Assembly: GCA_011109175.1 (NCBI GenBank)
Contig: RDEW01000027.1
Coordinates: forward strand, 401,629 to 465,628
Source of the DNA: Dicyema japonicum
Taxonomy: Eukaryota > Animalia > Dicyemida
DNA length: 64,000 bases
Direction of reading: 5' to 3'
The notes under the pieces are model-generated. The model made no database searches. It was not told the origin of the DNA and saw only the letters and a list, made by a program, of their open reading frames with translations. The translations under genes and the position numbers were made by a program. Positions 34,613 to 47,400 of this stretch are shown piece by piece; within the stretch, counting starts at the first letter, position 1; each line of letters opens with the position of its first letter.

Positions 34613-37448
34613 TTAATAATTAAGGTCAATCGAATAGAATGATGATCTTATTTGAGTAGGAGCAATCCAATCTGGAATATTTTTTAACAGCTCAGTGTAA
34701 GAGTCATTCCCTTCCGAGATAAGAGATCTGCTGTGCTGCAGAAGATTCCACGAAACGCCCATCTTGGCGAGTACTGAATCGCCAATTTCGTCATTCGACT
34801 AAATAATACTAATATAAACCCTAATATCAAAGCTAAGCTTAAACAAATCCCTGGGAAGGCCTTGCGTGTAGTAAATGAACTCAGGGTACGAATAGTTGAC
34901 CTGGTAGGTAGCATTAATGGACAGAAGTTCAATCCTGACGAGAGTAGAGTTGATTGGTGAAATTATAAAACTGCAGTGATCGGTCACTACCATTAGAATA
35001 ACTGAGAACCTTCGATTTCTGCAGTAAACCGAACTGTGTAAGCGTCCAACAGCTTCCTCGACGTTATTCTTAAGGTTTTGTTGAGATTCAATGGACTCAG
35101 GTCGGTCCAGTCATCAAATTTATAGTATCTAAGAGTCAATGATACTGTATACCCTAACATTTTGCTTATTTTGAGGTAAAAGGGAAACTCACTGTAACTC
35201 TGAGACTTATTAATGACAAATTTATGGTTCTTTAAAGCTGGCACACCAAAGTCGATAGTGTCGTCACTAAGGGAGTCCATAGTCATGGCATAAATCCCAC
35301 AATCCTCATAATAAACTGATCCATTGTTGCTAGCAAATCTTCTACAGGCATTCTTTGACTATCACTCCCATTCAAACCTTAAATAACATTCTCCGTTTCC
35401 GTGGTTGCAGCGGAGACCCGGAAAACGGGAACCCCAATGGAGTACAGTAGAGAATCAAAACCAATGCCAAATAAATCACAAAAACCCAACGAAGCACTTT
35501 CTTGTAATCAAATTTGGAATAAAACGCCTCAATCTAAAGTTATTGCTTAGCAATACAGCAAAGCTGGCAACGTATGAAGTAACAAATGCCACGATTACGG
35601 AAATATGCAATTCAGCAGATTTGTCGGGCCCTGACCTTCCAAGAATCGGAATAATCATGATTATTATCCGGTGAAATGAGTCAACGGACACCAATATAGG
35701 AAACGACAGAATTCCAAAGAAAGCCGCGGCACGGAAAAACCCTGTTAGAACTAAAAAACCAATAAAACAGTTATTTCTGAAGCGACGAGACAAATGAGAA
35801 TATAAATGGATAGACACGACAACACCGAATACATAAACCATGGTTCCTTTCTGGTAGAAGTAGAGCAAAAAAAGAATCACATCGTTGAAGAGAGCAAAGG
35901 ATTCAAGCCCCAAGAAGGGGAGAAACTCGTCGTTTTTCTAATAATAAGCCAAAAGTACAAGAAGACGACCAAAATAATGATGGAATCCCATGACAATCAT
36001 AAACGAGGGAACCGCGTAGAGAAACAGATTAAAATTGTTACCATACCATGTCATCCGTAGCCCAATGGAGTGATAGACACGTGAAAAAATCTGACTGACC
36101 CAGATTGAGGCAATAAAACTGGCAGTGACAAGCAGAAACTGACTCATCAACAGACTGATCGAAGTGGCAGCTAAATATTAGAACTGACAAAACAGCGGTC
36201 TCTGAGGGAACAAAGAGCTGAAATAATAGAAAAGGTGATGATTGAACAGCAGATAATATTGCCCATAGGAAAAGAGATGACCACAAGAAAACGAGTAATG
36301 ATGTCAAAGTACATCAGATTCCCATGCAACGAAAAGTCCAACGAGTCCGTATTAGCCAGAAAAGCCTTCGTAAGAGCCAACAAATTCTCGCCTGGAGTAG
36401 ATTCAACAGAAAACCAGATTTGGAGATGGTGCAATCGTCAATACGACTGTCTGTGTCGTCGGGAGTGTGGTAGACATATCCATTGACGAAAAACCCCAGG
36501 TCGACGCCTAAAATGCCAGATTAACATACCAGAAATATTTCCGACATCTCTGAATATTCTATAGTCGGTATCCGATGGAATTATTCCACCTTGGAAGATG
36601 TCCTGGGCTGCAACGGAGGCTGAAGGGTATGGGGCGTATTTTCCATAAAGGTGAATCAACCAGTGATTTCCGGGACCTCGAATTAGTTTGAAGTCAAACC
36701 TGACTGAAACAAAATCTGATTTCCACCAGAACCAGCCGCTTCCAAGTTGACGACTCCCCTGATGTCCTTGAACCACGGATGGCCGGTTATAAAGCCATGG
36801 CTGGCCTGCAATATGTTCTCCTCGGCTCCGTTAAACAGTAACATCAGACAATTTCTGGAATGAGTCTCCTTCAGCGAGACAATCCTCAAAATCTCGAGCA
36901 TATTTGCACAGCTGATCGTGTCATCACTCCCACCTAGGAAATTCAACCCCCCGAAGACCTGGGCTTTCAATTGCTGAGTCAAAGTGGCAGTTTATCAAAA
37001 GACAGTCGTTCGACACGTGGCCATCTATTCTGACGATAATGTTCTGAACGTTGTCATAAACTGAGAGGTATTTTTCCACAAATTGCAGATAAAATGACCC
37101 CGAAACAATTTGAAGGTCATATGTGATGTTCTTGGTGTTATACGGACTATTCATGACATTCTCAATATAATCGATTATATATTTGGAAGTCATTATTTCG
37201 TTGGCTGGACTTCCTGAGATTTTTATCCCGAATTCAGTAATCGTCTTCAAGTGACTTCTAACGTTGGAAATGTTGAAATCCTCAATATTTTTTGCTGGGA
37301 CATTTGCCAAGGGACAATTTCTGTAAATGGCGTATAATGCGACGTAAAATGAGATCACAACTGTCGCAAAGAAAAGAAATAACAGAAATAAGCAATTTCT
37401 GCTTATAAATTGTTCAGAAAATTTCCCATCCTGCTTAGACTTGATCAT
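34613..37448 (-). CDS. ERMP1: ER metallopeptidase 1 (FXNA)-like M28 peptidase with multiple TM helices, intact
   Basis: [78 protein letters not shown] and IPDW near the C-terminus. The frame stays open after removing ten 21-25 nt introns, with two further candidate in-frame introns. Confidence 0.92.
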
Positions 37449-37583
37449 CAAAATTTATGAAAACTATGATTTAAATATAATTATCTATATTAATTATTAA
37501 AATTTTAAATTAATAACAAAAATATATTTTATCTTTAATTTAACTAATTTGGAGATATTGGAGGATAACATCTTTAATACAAA

Positions 37584-37645
37584 GACCAGGTAGTGGTTAG
37601 TGGTGCCGCTCGGATCGCGATTAGTTGTGGTTTCGATTCCAAGTC
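37584..37645 (+). mobile_element. tRNA-like SINE head (A- and B-box-like)
   Basis: GACCAGGTAGTGGTTAG...GGTTTCGATTCC. Related copies at 20150-20212 (-) and 15288-15312 (internally deleted, 18 nt identical). Confidence 0.5.
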
Positions 37646-38439
37646 ACAATGATGCATGCTCATTACGGGTATATTGACCAAATAGGAATGAATGACTATT
37701 GATTAAGATCTTGCGTAGAAAAATTTAATTTTACTTTAAAAATATTATTGTAAAGACCGTGAACTAATGACCTCTCCTACCATTCGTGACATTTACGTTT
37801 TTTTATCGACATTGCTCTGTAGCAAATCTAAGATACATCGATCTTAAGAAGACAATAAATTTTTTTGTGTTAGAACACGTCATCAGTCATATCTAGGGCA
37901 ATTTTTATTACACTTAACATTCAAAAGTTTGACCTATAATTTTAACTTTATCAGCTTTTACTTTTAAAATTTTAGTTTTTTTGGCAACAAAAGACAAAAA
38001 CTTGTTATAAATAATAATGGCCTTTGCGTAGAGTCGTGGTAATGTTTCCACTGCTAAACCTCCACTTGGGAAGGGCATACATTTTACTTTAAAAAAAAGC
38101 AGTTCTGCTAATTAATCGTGGAAGGGCGGTTAAGCCATCAAGAGTGCTCTTAACATTTTTTTCTGAACCAAGTAGACAATAAATTATGCAGTGAGATATC
38201 ACTACAAGAAGCTTTCTCTTGTCCGAGACCCCCGGTGAATATCGAAGACCTGTGGAAGCGCCCAACTAGCTGCTGAACTCCTGAGGATGACTGGTCTCCT
38301 ACAAGTTAGCGAGGTGGGGGTTTATTACTAATAACTAACTGTTTTTGAAGTCCTTATTTATTTTCTTTACTTCACTAAAATTCTTAGAATAATTATCGAC
38401 AGATCCACTACAATCTCTCAATAGACAGGATTACATCAG

Positions 38440-40270
38440 ATTTAATTAATTTCTCTTTTCTTAACCCTCTTGATTGTGAAGAGATCATTCGTCATGTGTA
38501 AAAGATCTTCACTAACAGACTCCCGCAGCTATGGAGGCACCATCACTTATAGTGCTCATAAACTGCTGGTTGCATGTTTCAGAATGAAAAGATATTTCGG
38601 AATAGGTGGAGCTAGAAAGAAGAGAGCTTATCTTGATTGTTCTATTGTAGAAAAAATATGCTTATGTGAGAAGACGCGTAAGATTTTTGTATGGCAATTA
38701 AGAAGGAGATTGTGAACATAAATATGGAAAATCCCCCAGATATGATTTGGAGTGCTACTGTTGATTGAATAAAGAAGACAAGTTTCGACGTGCTTGGGGA
38801 AAAAAGGTCGGCAGGATTTAAAGGGGTGAAGAAAAGAAAGAAATCGTATTGTCAGATTAGAAGGAGGAAGAAGGAAATTTATAAGAAAATTAACGAACGT
38901 GTCAGTGAAATTGAGAAGTTGGGATACGGAACGCAAATGTTTCGAGCAGTTCGCCTTTTTCAGACTTTTGAATGAAAATGAAACTTCATACGTGGAGCCA
39001 ATTGAGAAATCACCAAGAAGCCTGAATCTACCGATATCTACAGAGAAAACTAATCTGGAATCATTAAATTGAACAACAACAGGGCAGCGGGACCAGACAT
39101 ACATGGAGAAATGATCAAATATGCACCAGGCGAACTGACAACCCTCATTACAAAGATTTTCAATAAGATTTGAGACGCATTCCCCCTTGAAACTTGGTGA
39201 TGGAATTTTGATTCCTCTGCATAAACCAGGAAAGAGCACGGGACCAATAAAAAATCTAAGACTTGTGATATTACTGGGAACATTGAGGAAGATACTATCT
39301 CTGATAACCCTTAGTCGATATCTTCTGATGTTTATGAATATTTGTCACCGGAACAGAGTGGGTTCAGAAAGGGACGCTTGACCGCAGATGCTGTTTGGTC
39401 CCACAGGTGGATATGTGCCATGTATTAACAATACAGGAGTGATTTTAAGATTTGGGGAATGGACATGTCCAGTGCGTTTAACACTGTCAACAGAAAAACA
39501 GTGTTGGACGTTGCTGGGAGTTTTCTTGATGAGGATAACACAAGACTCGTCCGTTTCCTATCTTCGAATACTGAATTAACTGTAAGAGTTGGGAACACAA
39601 CACCGAAGCCTTTCGGGACAACAGTTGGAATACCTCAGGGAGACTCTCTATCTCCGGTTCTATTCGTCGCATACATGGAAGCGGTATTGAGAGCTCTTAG
39701 AACAAAATGTGAAGGATACATGCCGATGGAGATTATATATGCAGATGACATAGATTTTGTGTCAGAAAATGATCTGGAACTTGGACTTGCTTTAGAAAAA
39801 ATCTCTGGAGAATTTAAGAATTGGTCTCTGCGAGTTAATCAGGAAAAGACTGAGCACACAAGAATCACAAGGGAATTAAAATATATTGATGAAAATTGAA
39901 GGAAAAAAGGAAATTGGGATCCTTACTTATTGGCCTCGACATTTTTGAATCAAGATGGAGACTGTTTGGGCACGTGCTTAGAATGGACATAAACACCCCT
40001 GCAAATATAATAATGGACAATTACTTTAACAATGAGAACGAACCATTATTCAGAGGAAGACCCAGAGTCACTCTACCCGTGGCTCTAAACAAGGATCTTA
40101 ATGGAATTGGAAGAAAACTTAAAGACCTAGAAGATCTAAAGACAGATGCGCAAAGCAGAGGGCGATGGAGACGCCTAGTGAAGCAGATTTTGAAACGTAT
40201 GGCACAAACGGGACCTTAGTTAATATAACGTTCTTTGGTTCTGTGAAAGTGCTTTTAATAATAATAATTT
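38440..40270 (+). mobile_element. RTE-like LINE with internal deletions
   Basis: LIPLHKPGK...LRLVILL, DMSSAFNTVNR, VGIPQGDSLSPVLF, YADDIDF, RWRLFGHVLRM and an (AAT)n tail. Confidence 0.9.
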
Positions 40271-40299
40271 CTTGATGGTGGCACTTTTTAAGGAAGAAA

Positions 40300-40830
40300 T
40301 TGATGTCATTCAGTTCTCTTTGATAATTAATAAGTTGGGGAAGCCTCTATTGCAATAAATCTCTCCTTAACTTCATGATGAGTTAAAACCTTTGTCTTCT
40401 TTCTTCTTTGGAGCATGGACCATGCAACATGCTCAGGAAACAGGAATTTCTGAGCAAATGTATGTCGGATGCGGTAATGATGCACTTGTGTCCACCGCCC
40501 CTAAGCAACTATAGTACCCCTATAAAAATAATATTTTTTGATCATAAAACACCAAAAGAGTTAATAAAATTCTCAACCTATTTTTTATTAGAACTTATTT
40601 TCCTAAAGAGAATTCAGACACGCCTAATTGTAGTGATCAATGGGCTGCTTATGCTTCACTAAACTTGTATTTACAAGTCATGTCTGGGTGAACCATAGTG
40701 AAAAATTTATCAATCCCAGTGACAGTAATATTCACATCCAAACCATTGAAAAAGCGTAGTCCAAAGCAAGACTGTAGTAAATTTGAGGGATGTGCCAATA
40801 GAGTTATTACAATGGCAATTAGTCGTTACA
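40300..40830 (+). mobile_element. Merlin (IS1016/ISXO2-like) DNA transposon remnant
   Basis: CSDQWAAYASL followed by VNHSEKFINPSDSNIHIQTIEK, matching SD.W.AY...H..VNHS..F..P...HT..IE. Confidence 0.65.
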
Positions 40831-41339
40831 ATTTAAAAAATAGCACTTAAAAAAATTTAATTTTTGAAAAAAGAAACATTAAAAAATGTAAAGATTTTTA
40901 GTTACGGGCCAGGACTGCGAAGGCGTTACCACTAATCACCGCCATTTCGAACCAGAGTCCTTCGCGAGGCTCGCAACTCTTCGATCTTGATTAATTTGGT
41001 AATGAAGATATAATGCAAGATCCTGTTTCGAATGAGCACCAAAAGAACTGAACTTGCTAATAAATAAGAAATAACTCAAACAGAAGTGCTCGACGAGAAC
41101 GAAATCGTCATTCTTTGTGAAGATTATAATGTCGACGAGGAAATTATTGATGCTAAAATGGAAAGATTATTATATTGAAGACATGAATATTAACTACAAT
41201 GAAATTAATATAGTTATTCCTTCACAATCCGAAAGGCATCCAAATTTTTTTAGTTCGGATTAATGAGGCTTTACTGTATATTGATTAGTGTTCTTTGACA
41301 TGACAGTATATCAACACGTTTATGTTAATTAATTGATTA

Positions 41340-41760
41340 TGGCTTTAAAGTTTATATTAAGGCACTTTCACGAAAGCCATAATGATTATATGCATGTGCA
41401 ACACTCAAAGAAACAATATTTATAGTTAGTCTTTTCCATCTTCCTCTGTCGAATGCGAGTGATCTCAATTCGTCCAGGTCGTCCCCCGTCTTTAGATTTT
41501 TTCTCACACGATTTAGTCTTTGTTTAAGGCAGTCGGGAGTGTCGATCTAGGTCGTCCGCGGAAGGGTTTTTCGCAACTGTCAAAGTAATCTTCCATCGCT
41601 TTGTTAGCGGGTGCGTGTGGGTTCATTCTTAGTACATGCCCAAATAGCCTCCACCGGGCATCTATCACATCCTTCCTGATGTAAGAACACATACACCTGT
41701 TGTAGACACCAGTGGTTGATATTCTAGCCGAGATTATTAGTACGTCTCCATCTTTCATGA
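41340..41760 (-). mobile_element. RTE-like LINE 3' end
   Basis: ARWRLFGHVLRMNPHAPA...FRGRPRSTLP and the 3' UTR TATGGCTTTCGTGAAAGTGC. Similar to 48250-48430. Confidence 0.85.
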
Positions 41761-41829
41761 GTAATATCGTCTTCTCTTTTGATTTCTAATTTAAAGTTTA
41801 TAGTATTTAATATTTTTATAGCAATTTTT

Positions 41830-42200
41830 AGAGAGACACGTGGTCAGAACGAGGAAGTCGAAGTGCTCCGTCTCCAGTGTGACCAACTTGCACAGATTAA
41901 AGGTATCTTCCGTACGACAGCGGAACCTATCTTCAACGTCCGGTTTTAGGATTACTCATGGAAGCAAGCCACGCTGCCAGTGAGACTCAGAGGACTTGGA
42001 ATTCGCAACCCTGTGGATTTTTTTCTCCCTTCATATCTATCATCGCTAATGGTTTGTAACATGTCAAGAAGATTCTACACTCTCTACCAAAATTCTCTAT
42101 TGAAAAGGACGCCTGCCGTGCTCTTGATACTGCCGTAAAAATCAGCTTTCGCTTCCTTCCGCGTTCTTTCAACATGGCCTGGACGATGCTGTAAAATAAA
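41830..42200 (+). mobile_element. Internally deleted CRE-like copy
   Basis: Sequence matching about 32200-32240 is joined directly to sequence matching about 33303-33630. Confidence 0.8.
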
Positions 42201-42759
42201 CGATTCCATCTTTGATTTTTTATATCGGTGAAGAACTAGCTAGAAACTTTTGAATCCAAGACTTTGGATCGCTTTCGTTGATTCCCCGTCATGGATATTT
42301 TGATGCGGGATGGAGTATCCTCAATTTAGATCTATGAAGTCATTATAGCTATGAAATTAAATCATCATATCGGATAAGACGATGGCTTCGAGGATATGCT
42401 TAATTCTACAAATACTGTAGATAAACACTGACGAAAATATAATCGAATTACATGACAATTCTTATGAACGAGAAAAGATAAAGAACATATTTAAAAAAGA
42501 AATTGCCTCTTGTGGTCATGTCATTTTTAGTCACATTATTATTTCTTCATTATTGAACGTGCAAGATTGATCAAAGATTTATCAAATAAATCATTGAGTA
42601 ATCAATTCACTACGTAGCTTTTAATCATAAAGAAATTATGTGAATGTCAAATTTATTATATATTTTCTAATTTACTTTGATATTTTGGAGTTTCACTGAG
42701 AATTATTGATTTTACGAACATTAATTACATATTCTTTATTAAGTCGTAAGACAGGTAGA

Positions 42760-43009
42760 AATAGTCACAAGGTCTAACTTCTATACCTTTGAGTATGGGA
42801 AAAAAATGGCATCGGGATAAAACGTAACAAAATAAATGTACAAGAAAGAGGAGATATAAGGATTGCACTCACGAAAAAAGGCAAATTTAGAAATTCTTGT
42901 GAATACTGATCAACCACAGGCACTTGACTTTTTTTCCGCGCTCCAAAAAGATTGGAGGGGCGAAAAAAAATTTGCGGGGCCGATTAAATAAAAAGGTTGA
43001 GAACCACTG
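42760..43009 (+). mobile_element. hAT Buster/Charlie-type right end
   Basis: KRNKINVQERGDIRIALT is a Buster-type transposase C-terminus. TIR AGGTTGAGAACCACTG (42994-43009) is followed by TTCTACAT, resembling the NTCTAGAN target preference. Confidence 0.7.
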
Positions 43010-43900
43010 TTCTACATCAAAGATTATGGAACGGATTCAAGAGATTGAATCGACATACGGAAGAGAGTAACTTTCAAGACCTTTCCAATAGGGTTTTCGT
43101 CGGGGAAGATCGTGCGGAAATTGTATTTACTCACTAAATTACGAAATTACAAATGCATTTAAGAAGAAAAATCAGTTAAGCCTTGTTTGCCTTGACATCT
43201 CGAAGGCGTTCGACAGTGATGGCACGAAGACTTATTTTGTCAACTTGTACGATCAAAGATATCCAAGAAAATGTTCCTATGGTTGAAAGACTAATTGACT
43301 GGGAGGTCATCTTATGTGGTAGTCTGTGGAAGACATTCTGATGGTATATTGTTCAAGAGGAGATTACCGCAGAAATCTATTTTAAGCCCCCTGTTATTCA
43401 ACGTATTTATGGAAGATTTTCCGTCACCGCTAGACGTCAGGACCAAACTGATAATATACGCTGATGACATTTTAATCTTGGATTCGTCTTTGAGGGCATT
43501 CCTTTCAGAGCGGCGACTAGGAGCTTTTGTTAACAAAGTCCAGGATTGGTGTGATCGGAGAGCCCTGAGATTCTCCACTGAAAAGTCCAGTTATTTACGG
43601 ATAAGCAGGCTGAGTAGGCATCACGAAGAGCCTTACACTCTTCACATACCGAGAGTCTCGTCCCTGAAATATTTTGGAATTGTAGTTGATGGGAAAGGAT
43701 CATATCTAACGAACATCGAAGAGCGGAGAAAGAAGGATGTGCAAGCATTGTTCTGCACTAGAAGTCTAAAGTTGGATGGTGATACCATGTTTTTGGTTTT
43801 CGAAATGTGATTTTCCAAGACTTATCTATGGAAGCTAGGGATGGTTTTACTTGAAAGGGCTTGGAAAAACACGTTTCAAAAAATAGATGCCTACTATTTT
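43010..43900 (+). mobile_element. RT fragment of the same Jockey/I-like family as 16053-17462
   Basis: GFRRGRSC, LDISKAFDS, LSPLLFNVFM and LIIYADDILI. Clearly homologous to ORFs 16053-17462 and 3888-4253. Confidence 0.85.
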
Positions 43901-44454
43901 CCAGCTGATTCTGTGGTATTCTTAAAGTCAGTTGTCCTTTAGTATCTCCCAGTATGAGCTTAGCTTTTATCTATGAACCTGGATAGTTTGTCAAAATTAT
44001 TTTTCTTCCTTCCGATGGCGTCACTGGATTCACCTTACTGAGGAGGCGCCCAATGCCTGGCCGGCATCAAGAAGATCCAACAATTCTTCCCCGGGGACAA
44101 TGTCTGGTGACAAGTTCTGGAATGCTGGAACGAGTCAGGATCAAGGAGTTAGTTAGTTTGGTTACCCTTGGTATTTGGAAATAATTTTAATTTTTTTAAT
44201 TGGACACAAGAAGAGCTCTCATTTTACATGTAACAATGTGGCCATTCAGAGCAAAAGAGGTCCATCACCACCTCCAATTGACCATCTGGCGGTCACTAGT
44301 TATACCAAACTAAAAACTAGCCTAGTTTGACTTGTTCTCCAAACGGTGACACTCGAGGATAATGAGAGACGATAAAGGCAGATCCCAAATCGTTAATCAA
44401 ACTATCTCACACAAAAGTAATAACACGTGTTTATTAATTTACAAGAAAATAAAA

Positions 44455-46143
44455 TCATTCAGAAAAACTAAACGGTCCAAATATTTTTCTAAACTCCTCA
44501 ACATCGGCCTTTTCATCAGACTCATCCAAAATACAGGCTCTCCAATCAACCCTCTCATCACATCTAAACACATCACAGAGGATCTCCCTACAAAAGCCAC
44601 AAAAAAATACCTTCCAAAATTGACAGGAAAGTTTTTAGCATTGTTTAATGACATATAGTACCTCCCAACTCCGCCAATCTCCAAATAAAAATACGGTTGA
44701 TTGGGTCCGGCTATCTAAAATCAGGAGATCAGCCACCTCGAGAAGGTCATCCTTTTCGGATAACTTAGAGACCTTTATACCAAAACTACGAGCATATGAA
44801 TACAGGGTCTCCACCATAAGCCCAGTTAATTCAGTGGGAATTCCCACAACCTGAAATAACTCCACTAAAACCTGGACTTGTAGATGACGACTACGGAAAT
44901 TACGTTCAAAAATAAACGGAACTCGCTCATATTGAGCATAAAACTGTCCGAGCACGTGTTTATACCTGCATCTCACTTTCCGTCTCAGAATCCAAACACA
45001 CAAAAGACTGTACGTGGTCTATTGGAAGAATAAGCACGTGGTATGGATCAATCCCTCCTTTAGCTAAGGCCAGGTAGCACTAGTAATAAATGATTGACTA
45101 AGCACGTGGTTTGACACTTCAACGATGAGATGTCTCTCCACATGGGTCGACCCTAGACAAAACCAGCACTCTTCCTCGATCCCTAAAATAACAAACACGT
45201 GTACTTTTGGCAGGTTCTTCGCGGTTGATCTGAGATTTACGTTTAACCGGGGCTGATGGTGGTTCGGATATAAGTTGGGGATCTCTCCGTGTTTTTACCA
45301 TGGACTTTTTACCGACAGGGCGGTCACTCTTGAGTCCTACATAAGGATTTTGGGTAAATTTGATGTTAGGGAGGAGATCCTCACGGGTACACAGACTGGC
45401 AGGTTTAATAGAAAAAGCGTACAACCACTAAAATGTTAAGATCACGGAAAACTTTTTCCTCCGTGTTTCCCACGTTGGCAATCGATATAAAACGAGATAG
45501 CATCTCTGTCCCCTTTGAATTGGTAATTCTGGAAGAATAAACTAGTATTATACTTGAATGGCGGTCTTTCGTAAAAAAAGCACTTGGATGCCGAGAAATG
45601 ATATCTGGGTTTGAACATGAGGGCAGCTTTGGCGGCACCAGAAGTCCCCTCTTCCGGATAAATAGATTTATTCTCAAGCTTATGTAAGTCAAACTCATTA
45701 CTTCGGATGTACGAGGAAGATTTTTGATGAGACCATGTGGCCACTCTGGTGTAACAAGGATATCAACGTCCCTGTGAGTGCATTCAATCTTATTTTCTTT
45801 AAAGGCGAGACCAGTCCATTAGGCAACTCAATGACTTGTGATTCGTTTATGATATGATTCTCGAGAATTTGGGGGAATCAATGGTTCCACGGGACAGAAA
45901 ACCCACGTGTCAATGCTTACTGGATTATTAGAAAAACCTGATGTCGTGTCGAAATCACGGAAGTCATTGTAGACTCCAAAAAAGTCACCAGCACAAATAG
46001 GAGCTACAATAATTGGATGAGTAATACGTCAAAGTTAGATTTGGCATTTATTTTGTTTACTCTCTCAAATAAACGTTCAAATTGACCGTCGACATTTCCG
46101 CAGATTAAACTTAACCATTAATACTAAATTACATTTTTAACAT
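44455..46143 (-). CDS. CWF19L1: CWF19-like protein 1 (Drn1/CwfJ domains), three frameshifts as sequenced
   Basis: [114 protein letters not shown] and VDWRAC. About 11 introns of 21-26 nt. Frame breaks near 45996, 45873 and 44966. Confidence 0.88.
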
Positions 46144-46439
46144 ACAAGATATCAAATGTTTATATTTTTTTAAATATTACCTCCAAATTAAATTGAGAAT
46201 ATAACATAGTAAAAATAATAAATATATTTTATTTTCAAAAACATCAGCGTTCATATCGAAAACAAGCTCATCCATGTTTCTCACGTTGGCAATTGATATA
46301 ACACCGTGCATATTTTGTTCCTGAAAATGGTAGAGTGGCGTCAAGTGGTTTATTTTGGCAGCGTCCGGTACCAGCGAGCACGAAAAAGAATTATTATTTC
46401 TTCTATCCCTTCTTACCGTTGCATGGGATGACTACCTTT

Positions 46440-47400
46440 TTCTTTGAGTCTGCTGATTGTGATCTATGGAGACTTATAAAAGAACTCTGGTCATCCTGCA
46501 TGTGAACTTAGGAATCAGAAGCAAAGTTTTGGAGCTGCGTGCTTTACTAACAGATCACAAAGTGGTGATCGCGGTAATCCAAGAAACAAAATTAACTAAA
46601 TCAATCCACACTCCATGTTTACCAGGCTTTTTGGCTGTCCACAAAACCGAGACAGGGACTCTGGTGGGAGTTTTTAAGATTGTTAAAATTGGATGTCATT
46701 CACATACATTTCCCATGATGTGTGAGGGCTTCGGAACATTGGAGTGGATCACTATCTCACATGCAGTGTGGCCTACCTTTATAATGTCTAAATTCCACCA
46801 AAAAAGTAATGTCCCCCATCGTATACTCTCAAAATATTGAGGCTAATAAAAATAAAGAACATAATCATTTTCGGTGATCAGAACTGTGAACAGCCATAAT
46901 GGATCAGCACACAACATGCAGACAGCCGAGGAGAATCCATCCTCAACTGTCTCGGTGACCATATCACCCACTGATTGACGATCCTAATGCATTATTCTTG
47001 CTCTATACAGACGATGTCATCAACGCCTCTAAAAACAGTTCCTCCTTCATGGGAACTGAGATAGTCCAGGCATACCTTGATCGCATGATGAATTGACTCG
47101 ATCGGTGTAAACTGTCTGTGTCATCGTCAAAATCTAACTTCACTAAATTCATGTCGAATCGTCACTACAATGATCCTCTTGAGGTCCACATGAGATATGT
47201 GTCTATAACCGTTCAAATGAATTCTAAAATTTTTGGAGTGACGTGTGACACTTTAATGACATTCACAAGGCATGCCGACCAAATCATAACAAAAGAGTCC
47301 AAAAGTTGAATCTCCTCTAGACAATTGTTACGAAAAACCAGTATCCAGTAGACGATTGCACACGTAAATTATACTGACAAACCAGCTCCTTACACAAGAA
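46440..47400 (+). mobile_element. Degenerate I-like LINE (APE start and scattered RT pieces)
   Basis: ILHVNLGIRSKVLEL...IAVIQETKL, followed later by YTDDV and FGVTCD. Confidence 0.65.

Noticed and set aside
37584-37645. Functional tRNA gene
   Set aside because: A- and B-box-like motifs are present, but I cannot fold a full cloverleaf, and diverged dispersed copies favour a SINE.
38628-39239. 203-aa minus-strand ORF
   Set aside because: Antisense to the RTE linker/RT region and has no recognisable motifs.
40890-41200. Small spliced gene suggested by a 21-nt GT-AG segment and an acidic open stretch
   Set aside because: Stops in all joined frames and no homology recognised.
44420-45205. Cluster of CACGTG E-box motifs, including a repeated ACCACGTGCTTA
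   Set aside because: They fall in CWF19L1 His-Val codons and splice junctions, so coding constraints or chance explain them.
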